Shown here piece after piece: positions 1 through 8,879 of a DNA stretch of 64,000 bases. The notes below the pieces were generated by a model. That model made no database searches. It was given only the letters and a program-made list of their open reading frames with translations, and was not told the origin of the DNA. Made by a program: the position numbers and the translations under genes. The first letter of the stretch is position 1. Each line of letters starts with the position of its first letter. This DNA is from a virus: the IMG/VR virus record IMGVR_UViG_3300042691_051382, one strand, 5' to 3'.

Positions 1-309
1 AAAGCGCGGGTCTACGGCGAAGCATGGGTCTACGGCGATGCGGGGGTCTACGGCAATGCGCAGGTCTACGGCAATGCGCAGGTCTACGGCACTGCGCAGG
101 TCTACGGCAATGCGGGGGTCTACGGCGATGAACCACAAACGCCGAGCGACAATCGAGACACGATCATCGACGCGCTTCGCGCTGAGGTGAAGGCTTGGCG
201 GGATGCCGACTCTCGCCATGATTTGACCAGATTGGTGATGGGTGAAGGTCACAACGACGAAGTGCTGAAGGCGATGCGTGAGACCGACAAGTTGGGAGCA
301 TTGCAATGA
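1..309 (+). CDS. Partial (5'-truncated) hexapeptide-repeat protein (VYGNAQ-type) with C-terminal AEVKAWRD module
   Basis: Frame 1 reads KARVYGEAWVYGDAGVYGNAQVYGNAQVYGTAQVYGNAGVYGDEPQ...LGALQ*. TGA at 307-309 overlaps the next ATG. Confidence 0.8.
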   Translation, partial: KARVYGEAWVYGDAGVYGNAQVYGNAQVYGTAQVYGNAGVYGDEPQTPSDNRDTIIDALRAEVKAWRDADSRHDLTRLVMGEGHNDEVLKAMRETDKLGALQ

Positions 310-497
310 CAACCCACAAGGAACAACTCGACAATGGCGTGGTGCTTGTGGACAACACGGGCAACTGGTGGGTTGCGATGCACGAAGACGGTGAATGGTG
401 GTTGCGACTGGTGAATCGAGACCGTGACCATCACAAGCAGATTGCAACCAACGAAGATTTGCGTGGATTTCGACTGTTGGGCAACGAGGAGCATTGA
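306..497 (+). CDS. Hypothetical protein
   Basis: ATGA overlap with upstream stop; 63 aa. Confidence 0.65.
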   Translation: MTTHKEQLDNGVVLVDNTGNWWVAMHEDGEWWLRLVNRDRDHHKQIATNEDLRGFRLLGNEEH

Positions 498-500
498 ACC

Positions 501-710
501 ATGCCGAGTGACAGCAAGACAATCCGCAAGATGTGGGCACTTGCCGACGAGAATCGTCAACTCAAGGAAACATTACAAACCGCATTACAGATGCTCAACA
601 AGGCAATAGACACGAGCACACCGCAACAAGTGGCGGCGAGCGGATGGTTGGGTGCGGGTGTGGCGCACACGATTCAACTGATCGAAGAAAGTTTGACAAA
701 ACGGTCTTGA
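501..710 (+). CDS. Hypothetical protein
   Basis: GAGGAG upstream; tight packing. Confidence 0.65.
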   Translation: MPSDSKTIRKMWALADENRQLKETLQTALQMLNKAIDTSTPQQVAASGWLGAGVAHTIQLIEESLTKRS

Positions 711-717
711 AAAAGAT

Positions 718-746
718 TTGACACGGCTACGGTTGGTGAGTATACT
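718..746 (+). promoter_or_regulatory. Sigma70-type early promoter
   Basis: TTGACA (718-723), 17 bp, TATACT (741-746), then RBS AAGGAG and ATG at 766. Confidence 0.85.
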
Positions 747-765
747 ACTGCACAAGGAGAACCGC

Positions 766-1059
766 ATGAACCGAGTATACAAGCACACGATCGTAGTGAC
801 TGTTCTGAGTAGCCACGAGTCTACCGAAGATACGTTTGGAAGCGAATGGAGTTTGAGCGACGTACACGATACAATCACGAGCGGCGACTCGATTGGATCG
901 GTGCATCACCAATCAACCACAAAGATTGACTGTAGCGAGATACGATCCGAGTTGTTGGCAATCGGAAACGATGGCTCGTTCTTTGACGATTTGGACACCC
1001 TAGACGACTTGGGCGATGCGGATCGTGACTACACACACCCCAAGTTCAACGACGATTGA
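766..1059 (+). CDS. Hypothetical acidic protein
   Basis: RBS AAGGAGA; start moved to ATG 766. Confidence 0.7.
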   Translation: MNRVYKHTIVVTVLSSHESTEDTFGSEWSLSDVHDTITSGDSIGSVHHQSTTKIDCSEIRSELLAIGNDGSFFDDLDTLDDLGDADRDYTHPKFNDD

Positions 1060-1157
1060 CCCCGCAAGGGGATCGTGCCTGACCCGAGCCACAATCGCAA
1101 AACATTTTGTGAAAATGTTGATTGTGTTGCATATAATCTTGCAAAGGAGTGCGACCA

Positions 1158-1352
1158 ATGGACGACTTTGACGACATTCAGATCGAAGACACCATCAACG
1201 AAGACTTGATCGAGTGGACCGACGAGATGCGTGCGCTGTACGAGCGCGAGATGCACGAGCGTTGGGATACGTCGCCACCCGACGATCATACGCTGGAAGA
1301 CGATCGCGATTGGAGCGACGGCAATCCAGACGCATCCACAAACATCCAGTAA
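1158..1352 (+). CDS. Small very acidic protein
   Basis: TATAAT-CTTGCA-AAGGAG upstream; D/E-rich. Confidence 0.7.
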   Translation: MDDFDDIQIEDTINEDLIEWTDEMRALYEREMHERWDTSPPDDHTLEDDRDWSDGNPDASTNIQ

Positions 1353-1372
1353 CATCCAACAACAACACACCA

Positions 1373-1396
1373 ACCCCGCAAGCGCGGGGTTTTTTT
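1373..1396 (+). terminator. Intrinsic terminator
   Basis: ACCCCGC-AAGC-GCGGGGT followed by a T run. Confidence 0.85.
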
Positions 1397-1450
1397 GTGC
1401 GATTTGTGCCAGTTTGAGATGCGCCAGACCCGAGTCAAGCCCGAGGCGAA

Positions 1451-1479
1451 CAAAACCCTAACAAGGTGTTAGGGTTTTG
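1451..1479. repeat. Perfect 13-bp inverted repeat
   Basis: CAAAACCCTAACA-AGG-TGTTAGGGTTTTG between convergent transcription units. Confidence 0.85.
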
Positions 1480-1488
1480 ACGATTGGT

Positions 1489-1665
1489 TTATCGCTTCAA
1501 TGCGTCCTCGATGGTTTCCCAACCTTCTTCGATCATGCGATCCTGCAACTCTTCCTCAAACTTACCCAGAAACTCCTCGCATTGTTCGTCTGTCCAATCG
1601 GGACGCAGTTCGTGAATGTCTTCTGCCGTCCAGAACACTTGAGCAAACTTGATACGATTGTTCAC
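1489..1665 (-). CDS. Hypothetical protein (WTAEDI...RPDWTDEQCEEFL)
   Basis: GTG start with GGAGG RBS. Confidence 0.65.
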   Translation of the reverse strand: MNNRIKFAQVFWTAEDIHELRPDWTDEQCEEFLGKFEEELQDRMIEEGWETIEDALKR

Positions 1666-1820
1666 AGGTCGCCTCCGATTTCGTAACGCTTGCGCTCGGG
1701 AATGTCTCTTGCCGAACGCTCGTCGTCGAGGATTTCTTGCGTCACTCGATTGTTGAGCCACATGGCAAACAACATCAAAGCAACGATCAACACAATACAA
1801 TATGCAACAGCGTCAAACAT
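1662..1820 (-). CDS. Small membrane protein
   Basis: N-terminal hydrophobic helix; 4-nt overlap with the next gene. Confidence 0.6.
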   Translation of the reverse strand: MFDAVAYCIVLIVALMLFAMWLNNRVTQEILDDERSARDIPERKRYEIGGDL

Positions 1821-1833
1821 TTCCAATCCCTTT

Positions 1834-2124
1834 TTATTGTTCGTCGTGTGAAGCACCAGTTCCATCGCCGTCATGGTCGATCAACGGTATCTGGTCGATG
1901 AATGGCGTGTCGCCTCTGCCCATACCATCGCCCCATTCGTCGGTGTTGCCGATCCATCCAAATGTATTGTTGTCGCCCTCTTCGCACCAATCCGAATCGA
2001 CCAACCAACCATCGCCAAGAAACGATGCGCCGTTTTTGGGGATGCCCGAACCATCGGGCGAACCTCGAAACCCGAAAGTGGCATCAAGCGGATACCAATA
2101 GTCTTCCACATCGTGAATGTTCAT
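1834..2124 (-). CDS. GDG-motif glycine/aspartate-rich microprotein
   Basis: DGSG, GDGW, GDGMG, DGDGTG motifs; ATGA overlap. Confidence 0.7.
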   Translation of the reverse strand: MNIHDVEDYWYPLDATFGFRGSPDGSGIPKNGASFLGDGWLVDSDWCEEGDNNTFGWIGNTDEWGDGMGRGDTPFIDQIPLIDHDGDGTGASHDEQ

Positions 2125-2501
2125 ACGCTCGCCGTTGCGTTGGTTTCCATTTCGACCACCTGACGATCCACACCACGAGTCATCCACGGCATCACTTGGC
2201 TTGCATCGCCGATGGCTCGTAGCCAGTCGGCAACGGTGGGAATGATTCCCAAATCTTCACGAACATGTTGTTCGCCGATCAAGCGCACGGGAACCTGTCG
2301 CCCGTTGCTTGTGGTGATGGTTGTGCCAAACACCTGTTCGGCTTCGTAGATGCCCTGCGAGTGGTGACGCAAAGCACGGTGTCGCCAGTTGGCGTAGTGG
2401 CTCTTGGTGGCATCAAACCAGTCGTGGATCGCCTGATAGTCGGCAGGCACGCCACCAAACTTCTTGGCACTCGATATGCTGTGGTGGAAAGGGTGTGCCA
2501 T
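2121..2501 (-). CDS. DUF6915-like His-rich protein
   Basis: MAHPFHHSISSAKKFGG..DY..IHDWFD..K..RHRALRHH..GEQHVREDLG. Confidence 0.75.
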   Translation of the reverse strand: MAHPFHHSISSAKKFGGVPADYQAIHDWFDATKSHYANWRHRALRHHSQGIYEAEQVFGTTITTSNGRQVPVRLIGEQHVREDLGIIPTVADWLRAIGDASQVMPWMTRGVDRQVVEMETNATASV

Positions 2502-2926
2502 TAGTAAGTTTCCTCGCTGTATTCGGTGGTCATCACATTGGCGTTGTGTTTGACTGTGACGGTTTGATCGTTGACGCTCAACACCACCTCGCCCGACGAA
2601 CCCTCGTTGATTTCCCAACCACCAGGAATCAAATCCGCAATAATCTGAAGCAAAGTTTTCTTGGCATCAAACGGAGCGTATTCGTACTCACACTTTTGCG
2701 AGTTCCAAACTCCGCTCGGGCCATACTCGAAAGCGTATCCCAATCCTTCGATGGCTCCTTTGAGCGCAGGATCGTTGCCCAAATCGGGCGGGTACAGATC
2801 GCCGCTGTCGCCCGATCCGTTGTATTCGATGTGGATTTCGCAGTTGTCGAATCCTGCGTCCTTGAGTTCCGCAAGCATCTGCTTGACGGTGCTGACATTC
2901 ATTCCCAGTTCATTTCGTGTTTGCAT
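2501..2926 (-). CDS. DUF6878-like protein
   Basis: EYNGSGDSG and GWEINEGSSG motifs; adjacent to the DUF6915-like gene. Confidence 0.7.
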   Translation of the reverse strand: MQTRNELGMNVSTVKQMLAELKDAGFDNCEIHIEYNGSGDSGDLYPPDLGNDPALKGAIEGLGYAFEYGPSGVWNSQKCEYEYAPFDAKKTLLQIIADLIPGGWEINEGSSGEVVLSVNDQTVTVKHNANVMTTEYSEETY

Positions 2927-2981
2927 TGCGAATCTCCTTGTGCAAGATGGTATGCACCAACCTGCACAAATCCAGAAAGTT

Positions 2982-3182
2982 TCACAAAAATGTTCGGCTA
3001 CTGTCGGTTTCGGGATTCCACGCACGAGTGCGACCGTCTTGTGTGACAATCGCCACCTCGTCGCCAATCGAAAACACATCCACCACGGGCGAACTGCTTG
3101 TGTTGCTGTAGCGACGAATCGCCCCAGTCTCGGCATCTCTCGCCCACACACGCAATCCATCGGTTTGCGGAATCCAACTCAC
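2982..3182 (-). CDS. Hypothetical protein
   Basis: GGAGG RBS; overlap with upstream stop. Confidence 0.6.
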   Translation of the reverse strand: MSWIPQTDGLRVWARDAETGAIRRYSNTSSSPVVDVFSIGDEVAIVTQDGRTRAWNPETDSSRTFL

Positions 3183-3478
3183 TTGCCGCCTCCAACTCGA
3201 ATACGGATGCAGGCTCGTTGAGCATCGCCCGTGTCCACCTGCTCGATTGCGGTGACTTGTTTGCGTGTGCGGTTGTTGAGAACCAGTCCCGCAGGCATCC
3301 CCAACTCGATGTAGGGGCCACCCTCAAAGTCTGCCATGCTGAGTGTGTTGCTGTCGCCCTCACGAGTCGAGAATCGCATATAGTGCGTTCTGCCCTCGAT
3401 CAAGTAACTGTCGGCAGTTTCCTGCCACACCACACGCTCGTCGCCGTAGCGACTTGTGTATGTTGATACCTTTGTCAT
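3179..3478 (-). CDS. Hypothetical phage protein (SRYGD..DFEGGPYI)
   Basis: Motif resembles small T4-like phage proteins; coupled stop/start. Confidence 0.65.
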   Translation of the reverse strand: MTKVSTYTSRYGDERVVWQETADSYLIEGRTHYMRFSTREGDSNTLSMADFEGGPYIELGMPAGLVLNNRTRKQVTAIEQVDTGDAQRACIRIRVGGGK

Positions 3479-3750
3479 CAGATTGCCCATTCCCCGTTGC
3501 TCTTGCGTTGAACTTCCATGAACATCACTACTGCGAGTTCGTGAACTCGCACGGTTCCGCACGCATCAAGGATTGTTTCCTTGGTTTGACCCGCAAGAGC
3601 CAACTGTCCAAGACCGTTGGTGGTTCCCCATCTGCGAATCACACTGCTGTTGTCGATGCGGATTTCGTTGCCCACACGGTAGGCATCGCCCACCACGATC
3701 CAACCACGCTGAAGAACTGCGATCTGCCGACCAAGTGAAACTTCGTTCAT
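3478..3750 (-). CDS. Small beta-rich protein (QRGW..G / RRWGTT.GLG.LA), DUF6948-like
   Basis: RBS AAGGAG and promoter TTGAAA-16-TACCAT upstream; motif recognition. Confidence 0.7.
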   Translation of the reverse strand: MNEVSLGRQIAVLQRGWIVVGDAYRVGNEIRIDNSSVIRRWGTTNGLGQLALAGQTKETILDACGTVRVHELAVVMFMEVQRKSNGEWAI

Positions 3751-3845
3751 TGCGTATCTCCTTGCAATATGGTATTCAGAATGTTCAACTTTTCAATCAA
3801 CCAAGTGCAGATTTCTCTGCACTCGGCTGTCTGGAGGGGAATGGT

Positions 3846-4964
3846 TCAGAACGGAACAGTACCGTCAGCGATTTCGATGCTGTCCACGATGATCGAAGGC
3901 TTCTCGCCGCCGTTGATGGTGCTGTCCACCTTCTCGTAGAGGCTCAACATACTCTCACGAGTCTCGGCGTTGAATCGGCGCACGGTCATCTCGACCGCCT
4001 TGCGACGATCACGAAAGATGCCGTAGGCTTCGGCGATGTAAACCAGTCGGCGAGTCGAGATCACTTCGTCGCAAGCACCTTCGTCGAATGTGCGACGAAT
4101 GGCGTTCGCCCAAGTCACAAGGTTGGCCACAAACTGATCGTCCTCGGCGTTGTAGCGAGCCATCACGCTCTTGATGATCTTGGTTTCCACCTTCTCGGCA
4201 GGATACTCCTGATCCATCGTGCAAGCAAAGCGATCAAGGAACGCTTCGTTGAGAACATTGGTTCCCACAAACTTGCCGTTGTCGTTGCCCTGTCCCTTGG
4301 TGTTGGCGGTGGCGACGATGGTGAATCCCTCGGCAGGATTCACTTGCTCGCCGATCTTCTTGAGAAACACACCACGACCCTCAAGCACAGGCTGAAGGCA
4401 CATGATCTTGTTGCTCGCAAGATCAACTTCGTCGAGAAGCAGAACCGCACCACGGCGCATTGCTTCCACCACAGGGCCATACACAAACACGGTTTCGCCG
4501 TCGATCAAACGGAATCCACCAAGCAGATCGTCCTCGTCGGTTTCGACCGTGATGTTCACACGAATACACTCACGCTTGAGCGAGGCGCAAACCTGCTGAA
4601 CGGTCGTGGTCTTGCCGCATCCGCTCAATCCGCTGATGAACACAGGATAGAACGAACGGCTCTTGATGATGCGCTCGACATCATCGTGATTGCCGAACTC
4701 GACATAGCCCTGCATCACTTCGGGGATGTAGCACATTGCGTCCTCGACGCTCACCGAACGGGTGCTTTTGACCGCCACAGACGCTTCGCCGTTGGCGGGC
4801 AAGCGATAGGTGGCACGCCCCGCACGGTACTGGTTGTCGTTGCACAACCAATGCGGAAACTGGTGTTGGGGATTGCTGTTCACAAACTCGACAATCTGCT
4901 GTCGGGTCACGGTGTCGCCGTGAGCGTTGCGAAGAGCCACGATGATTGCGTTGCGGTCGTTCAT
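3846..4964 (-). CDS. CobS/MoxR-family AAA+ ATPase
   Basis: Walker A GLSGCGKT, Walker B LLLDEVD, ATANTKG, NEAFLDRF, STRRL. Confidence 0.92.
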   Translation of the reverse strand: MNDRNAIIVALRNAHGDTVTRQQIVEFVNSNPQHQFPHWLCNDNQYRAGRATYRLPANGEASVAVKSTRSVSVEDAMCYIPEVMQGYVEFGNHDDVERIIKSRSFYPVFISGLSGCGKTTTVQQVCASLKRECIRVNITVETDEDDLLGGFRLIDGETVFVYGPVVEAMRRGAVLLLDEVDLASNKIMCLQPVLEGRGVFLKKIGEQVNPAEGFTIVATANTKGQGNDNGKFVGTNVLNEAFLDRFACTMDQEYPAEKVETKIIKSVMARYNAEDDQFVANLVTWANAIRRTFDEGACDEVISTRRLVYIAEAYGIFRDRRKAVEMTVRRFNAETRESMLSLYEKVDSTINGGEKPSIIVDSIEIADGTVPF

Positions 4965-5059
4965 TCCATTCTCCAAGAAAGTTTTTTCGAGAAACACTCT
5001 CGAAACTGGCACAACAGCGTCAACCGTTGTGCAAGATGATATTCGGCAGGCTCAAGATT

Positions 5060-5425
5060 TCAAGAGATTTCTTGAACATTGGTTGCGATTTGTGCCACCG
5101 TGAAAGTGCTGATCGGCACGATGGTGGGGGCGAGCGTAGGCTCCACCGCAGGCGCAGGTGTGGGTGCGGGCTTGCTCATTGCTTCCCACGCATCCAACTC
5201 GTCCCACGGCAACTTGTATGCGGCTCGACCCACCTTGAACTTGTTGGGCTTGGGGTTGGTGAGCCAACTCGGGTACTTGAGACTCATTCCCAATCCACCC
5301 ACCTGCGGAGCAGATGTGTGGAACGCAAGCAGTTCTTGACGGGTCACAACCACCTTGCGACCGTATGCCGCCTCGAAAGCCTTGAGCCAGTTGATTCGGA
5401 TGCTAGTCATGTCGTTCACAATCAC
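5060..5425 (-). CDS. Stand-alone paralog of the AAA N-terminal domain with Pro/Ala tail
   Basis: VTRQEL..YPSWL..KVGRAAYKLP matches VTRQQI..FPHWL..RAGRATYRLP in 3846-4964. Confidence 0.7.
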   Translation of the reverse strand: MIVNDMTSIRINWLKAFEAAYGRKVVVTRQELLAFHTSAPQVGGLGMSLKYPSWLTNPKPNKFKVGRAAYKLPWDELDAWEAMSKPAPTPAPAVEPTLAPTIVPISTFTVAQIATNVQEIS

Positions 5426-5703
5426 TTGTTGTCTCCTTTGTTGGTAACAGCATAATCCCACAAACAGTTGATGCACTCGTTGCTCGTCACCAACTTGACG
5501 GCGTTGACTCGAAACTCGCCTGTCAGGTTCCTCTTGGTGCGAATCCAACCGCTCCAGTAGTCGAGATCGTAGCGATCCTTGTCGTCGATGTCGATGTTGG
5601 TTTGGTTGTTGCTCACCACCGTTGCGATGCGAAGCACCGCACGGTTGAGCCATTCGTCGTCGGTCTTGATGCGCTCGATCATCGTTTCTTTGGTCAAAGT
5701 CAT
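5422..5703 (-). CDS. Hypothetical protein
   Basis: AAGGAG RBS and TAACAT-CTTGCA promoter. Confidence 0.7.
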   Translation of the reverse strand: MTLTKETMIERIKTDDEWLNRAVLRIATVVSNNQTNIDIDDKDRYDLDYWSGWIRTKRNLTGEFRVNAVKLVTSNECINCLWDYAVTNKGDNK

Positions 5704-5770
5704 TGTGTATCTCCTTTGCAAGATGTTATGCCCGATGGTTCAACATTCCATCAGATTGTTCAAGAAAGTT

Positions 5771-7852
5771 TCACTTGCTGATGAAGGTGATAAACCTGCG
5801 AATCAGCACACGATTCACCGCCTTGGCTTGTGCGGTCTTGAGGAACGCCGTTGCGATGCGACCCTTGGTGAGCGTCTTGTTGAGATAGTCGTGCTTCTCG
5901 TCCAACTCGACATTCAACTTGTCGCTCGGAATCACAAAGAACGCATCGTAGCCAAACTGCGGGTTGTTGATTTCCACAAACTTGTTGTTGCGGAAGTCTG
6001 CCATGATTGCATCGGTTTTGTCGTCGTTGCCACGGCATCCTGCGAGCGATGCAATCTGCGACTTGCCGTGCGATGAATGAACAAGATAGAACCCCACGAC
6101 ATTGCTTTGCGTTGTGTTTTTGAGCAGAGCGATCATCTTGCCCAATCGACCACGGTAGCCATCGCTGTCGTCGAGTGCCACCTGCGCCCCCGTAGCACGA
6201 TCACGCACCACGCCACGCCCGTATCCCGATTGAACGCCGTTGCCGCTGTAAGTGTGCAAGCCGTTGCTGTCGTCGCCATCGGTGAGAATCACCGTGTTCA
6301 CAACTTGCAAGTTGTTGCGTTTGCGGAAGTCGTCCACGATGTATCTTGCAGACGCAACCGTGTTGTAGAGCGGCGTGCTGTTGAGTGCGTACTTGTTGTT
6401 CAACAGGTACGGAATGTTGCTCATTGCAAGCAGAATCTCCATCGCACGATGAAACTCGCTCGATTTCATGCGATTGCTGAGAAACTGGTGCAACTGGAAC
6501 GAACCGAATCGCAACTCTTTGCCACGGCTCTTGTCGAGACCATCATCTCGTGAGATGCTAGGATTCGCAACATCGCTGAACGCAAACACCTCGAACGGAA
6601 TGTTGACGCTTCGGCAGAACATCGCAAGTAGCATCGTCTGTCGAATCGTCGGGCCAATCACGCCCGTCATGCTACTGCTCCAGTCGATGAACATCACCAT
6701 TCCGTGATTCTTGCCCTCACGAATCACGCTGTTGCGACGAAAGATATCTTCCACAAACTTGTGTTGGTGCAAGCGGTCGGGATCAATCGCTCCTGTCTTG
6801 GCGATGCTCGTGCGACTGTGAACATCGGCGGCTTTTCGCAACTCAAACTCTTTGCTGAGCATCGAGATGTATCGCTTGCTTTCTTCCTTGAAAGTCGCAT
6901 AGTTGTGTTTTTGATCCACCTTGCTGAAGTCGTCAATGAAGGTTTTGTAAGGATTGACGATGGATTGCAAGTCGATGCTCACGGGAAGATCAATGTAACT
7001 GATGAACTGATCGTCCTCGGGCTTTTGGCTCTTCTGGCTTGCGTTGCTCACGGCTTGATCGGTGACGGGTGCGGCAGGCGCATCCGATTGGCTCGCTTGA
7101 TCGCCCTGCTCGGTCGGCGCATCCACCTGTTGATCGTCGCCTGCGCCCATGTTGGGCGTGTCGCCCATCACCGAATCATTCGGTGTGTTGGGTGCGGCAA
7201 CCGTGTGCTTGTTTTGGTGTGTGTTGGTTTTGGGTGGTTGCTTGTGCATCTGATAGATGCGACGAGTGAGATCAACCACCTCGTCCCATGACTCGGTTCG
7301 CATCATCTCGGCAAACACCATCTGCTCGTGATTTTCAAGCGGAATGTCGATGTCGGCATGAACGCCGATCTTGGCACGCAGATTCAAGCGATCAATCAGC
7401 GACAAGTCTTGAGGCTTGGTGACTCGGCTCTTGAATCCGAACTGATCCTGCTCGAACATACGGGTGTATGCACGACGAAAGTTGTGACTGAAACCTGGAT
7501 ATTTGCGCTTGATAAGACGCTCGATTCGAGCATCTTCCACCACATTCAGGAATCCTTTGACCACATCACGGTTGTTTGGGTCGATGCTGTCGATGGCTTG
7601 CATCAACGGCTCCGCGCCTGTGGGTGTGAACAAGGCATGGCCAACTTCGTGACCCACGAGCATATCGTAGGTGTCGCCGTCCATGTTGTCCCACACGGGA
7701 AGCACCAGTCGGCGACTGCCCGTGTCGAAGTAGGCTGTGTCGCTACGATGATCGTGTTCCACCACGATGTTCTCGGTGGCGATCAGCCGTGCGAGCAGGC
7801 TCTTGCTGTCGATGGTCATGCGAGTCACGAGATTGTTGGACTTGTTGTTCAT
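5771..7852 (-). CDS. CobT-like protein: N-terminal HExxH metallopeptidase-like domain plus vWA domain
   Basis: HEVGH, NVVEDARIE, MIDAS DWSSSM, LTDG; usual partner of MoxR AAA. Confidence 0.88.
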   Translation of the reverse strand: MNNKSNNLVTRMTIDSKSLLARLIATENIVVEHDHRSDTAYFDTGSRRLVLPVWDNMDGDTYDMLVGHEVGHALFTPTGAEPLMQAIDSIDPNNRDVVKGFLNVVEDARIERLIKRKYPGFSHNFRRAYTRMFEQDQFGFKSRVTKPQDLSLIDRLNLRAKIGVHADIDIPLENHEQMVFAEMMRTESWDEVVDLTRRIYQMHKQPPKTNTHQNKHTVAAPNTPNDSVMGDTPNMGAGDDQQVDAPTEQGDQASQSDAPAAPVTDQAVSNASQKSQKPEDDQFISYIDLPVSIDLQSIVNPYKTFIDDFSKVDQKHNYATFKEESKRYISMLSKEFELRKAADVHSRTSIAKTGAIDPDRLHQHKFVEDIFRRNSVIREGKNHGMVMFIDWSSSMTGVIGPTIRQTMLLAMFCRSVNIPFEVFAFSDVANPSISRDDGLDKSRGKELRFGSFQLHQFLSNRMKSSEFHRAMEILLAMSNIPYLLNNKYALNSTPLYNTVASARYIVDDFRKRNNLQVVNTVILTDGDDSNGLHTYSGNGVQSGYGRGVVRDRATGAQVALDDSDGYRGRLGKMIALLKNTTQSNVVGFYLVHSSHGKSQIASLAGCRGNDDKTDAIMADFRNNKFVEINNPQFGYDAFFVIPSDKLNVELDEKHDYLNKTLTKGRIATAFLKTAQAKAVNRVLIRRFITFISK

Positions 7853-7857
7853 GCAGG

Positions 7858-7943
7858 ATGATACGCACCACCGAACCGATTTCTACTGGTTTCTCAAAGA
7901 ATCTCAAGCAGAATGTAGAATCTCGTTCGGTGGTGCGTATCAT
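7858..7943. promoter_or_regulatory. Mirror-symmetric divergent promoter pair (19-bp inverted repeat)
   Basis: ATGATACGCACCACCGAAC ... GTTCGGTGGTGCGTATCAT; each TATCAT lies 5 nt before a start codon. Confidence 0.75.
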
Positions 7944-7948
7944 TGTGT

Positions 7949-8206
7949 GTGAACACCCCGATCCTCGACACAACCGAACGATACATCAACGGCTACGGTC
8001 ACGGTTGGGGTTACGGCGACGGCAACGGCTACGGTCACGGTTGGGGTTACGGCGACGGCAACGGCTACGGCTACGGCAACGGCTACGGCTACGGCAACGG
8101 CTCGGGCTACGGCTACGGCAACGGCTCGGGCTACGGCTCGGGCGACGGCTACGGCGACGGCTACGGCGACGGCGTCGGCGAACCTGAAAGTCTGGTGCAG
8201 GTGTGA
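7949..8206 (+). CDS. GYG/GDG/GNG repeat glycine-rich protein
   Basis: NGYGHGWGYGDG repeats; GTG start. Confidence 0.75.
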   Translation: MNTPILDTTERYINGYGHGWGYGDGNGYGHGWGYGDGNGYGYGNGYGYGNGSGYGYGNGSGYGSGDGYGDGYGDGVGEPESLVQV

Positions 8207-8445
8207 ATGTGCGACTGATGAGTGTTGCCAACGGTGAAATCACCCGATTCGACTCGGGCGACGGCTACGGCATCGGCGACGGCGACGGTCAGGGCTACGG
8301 ATACATGAGCGGCGAGGGCGCGGGTGGCGGCTACGGGCGTGACAACGGTGGCGGCTACGGCTACGGCGACGGTTGGGGAAATGGCGAGGGTACGGGTCAC
8401 GGCGACGGTTGGGACAAAACCACCGCAGGATTGATACAAATATGA
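8203..8445 (+). CDS. GDG repeat glycine-rich protein
   Basis: GDGYGIGDGDG...; GTGA overlap. Confidence 0.75.
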   Translation: MNVRLMSVANGEITRFDSGDGYGIGDGDGQGYGYMSGEGAGGGYGRDNGGGYGYGDGWGNGEGTGHGDGWDKTTAGLIQI

Positions 8446-8660
8446 TAAACTTTTCGGAACAAACAAATCGAGTGCAAACCACTTGCACGCTCGAAACGGG
8501 CCACAATCTGGTGGATTGTTGGGGATGCGGCGACGATGCCGACCAACTGGGTGGCGGTCGTCTCAACGATTGCCAAGCAGAATCGTCGGGCGACGGTTGG
8601 GGCGACGGTGCAAACTACGGCTCGGGTGACGGCTCGGGCTACGACTTGATGTTCAGGTGA
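8442..8660 (+). CDS. GDG repeat glycine-rich protein
   Basis: GDGWGDGANYGSGDGSG; ATGA overlap. Confidence 0.7.
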   Translation: MINFSEQTNRVQTTCTLETGHNLVDCWGCGDDADQLGGGRLNDCQAESSGDGWGDGANYGSGDGSGYDLMFR

Positions 8661-8784
8661 GCGGGGTGCGGCGCACCCCGCCAGACCCGAGACGCAAATC
8701 GGATATGTTGATGCGGATATGGTGTTTCACGGTTTCACACAATCCACACCGCAACCAAAAAAACACCAAAAAGTTTCAGCAACC

Positions 8785-8815
8785 TGTGGATAACTTGTGC
8801 AAAACTTGTGGATAT
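8785..8815 (-). promoter_or_regulatory. Three DnaA-box-like 9-mers at 11-bp spacing
   Basis: TGTGGATAA (8785, perfect TTATCCACA on minus), TGTGCAAAA (8796), TGTGGATAT (8807). Confidence 0.5.
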
Positions 8816-8879
8816 TCACGATTGGGTGCATATTCTATGGAGATGCGCCAGACCCGAGGTGTGGCGACCCTAACAAACC

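Noticed and set aside
3573-5039. 488-aa + strand ORF and other long antisense ORFs (e.g. 27906-28985, 59886-60584)
   Set aside because: They are shadows of well-supported opposite-strand genes and have no recognisable motifs.
7789-8243. Arg-rich ORFs (RLRLRQ / RSRCR repeats)
   Set aside because: These are alternative frames of the Gly-repeat gene. The Gly frame has the promoter and coupled overlaps.
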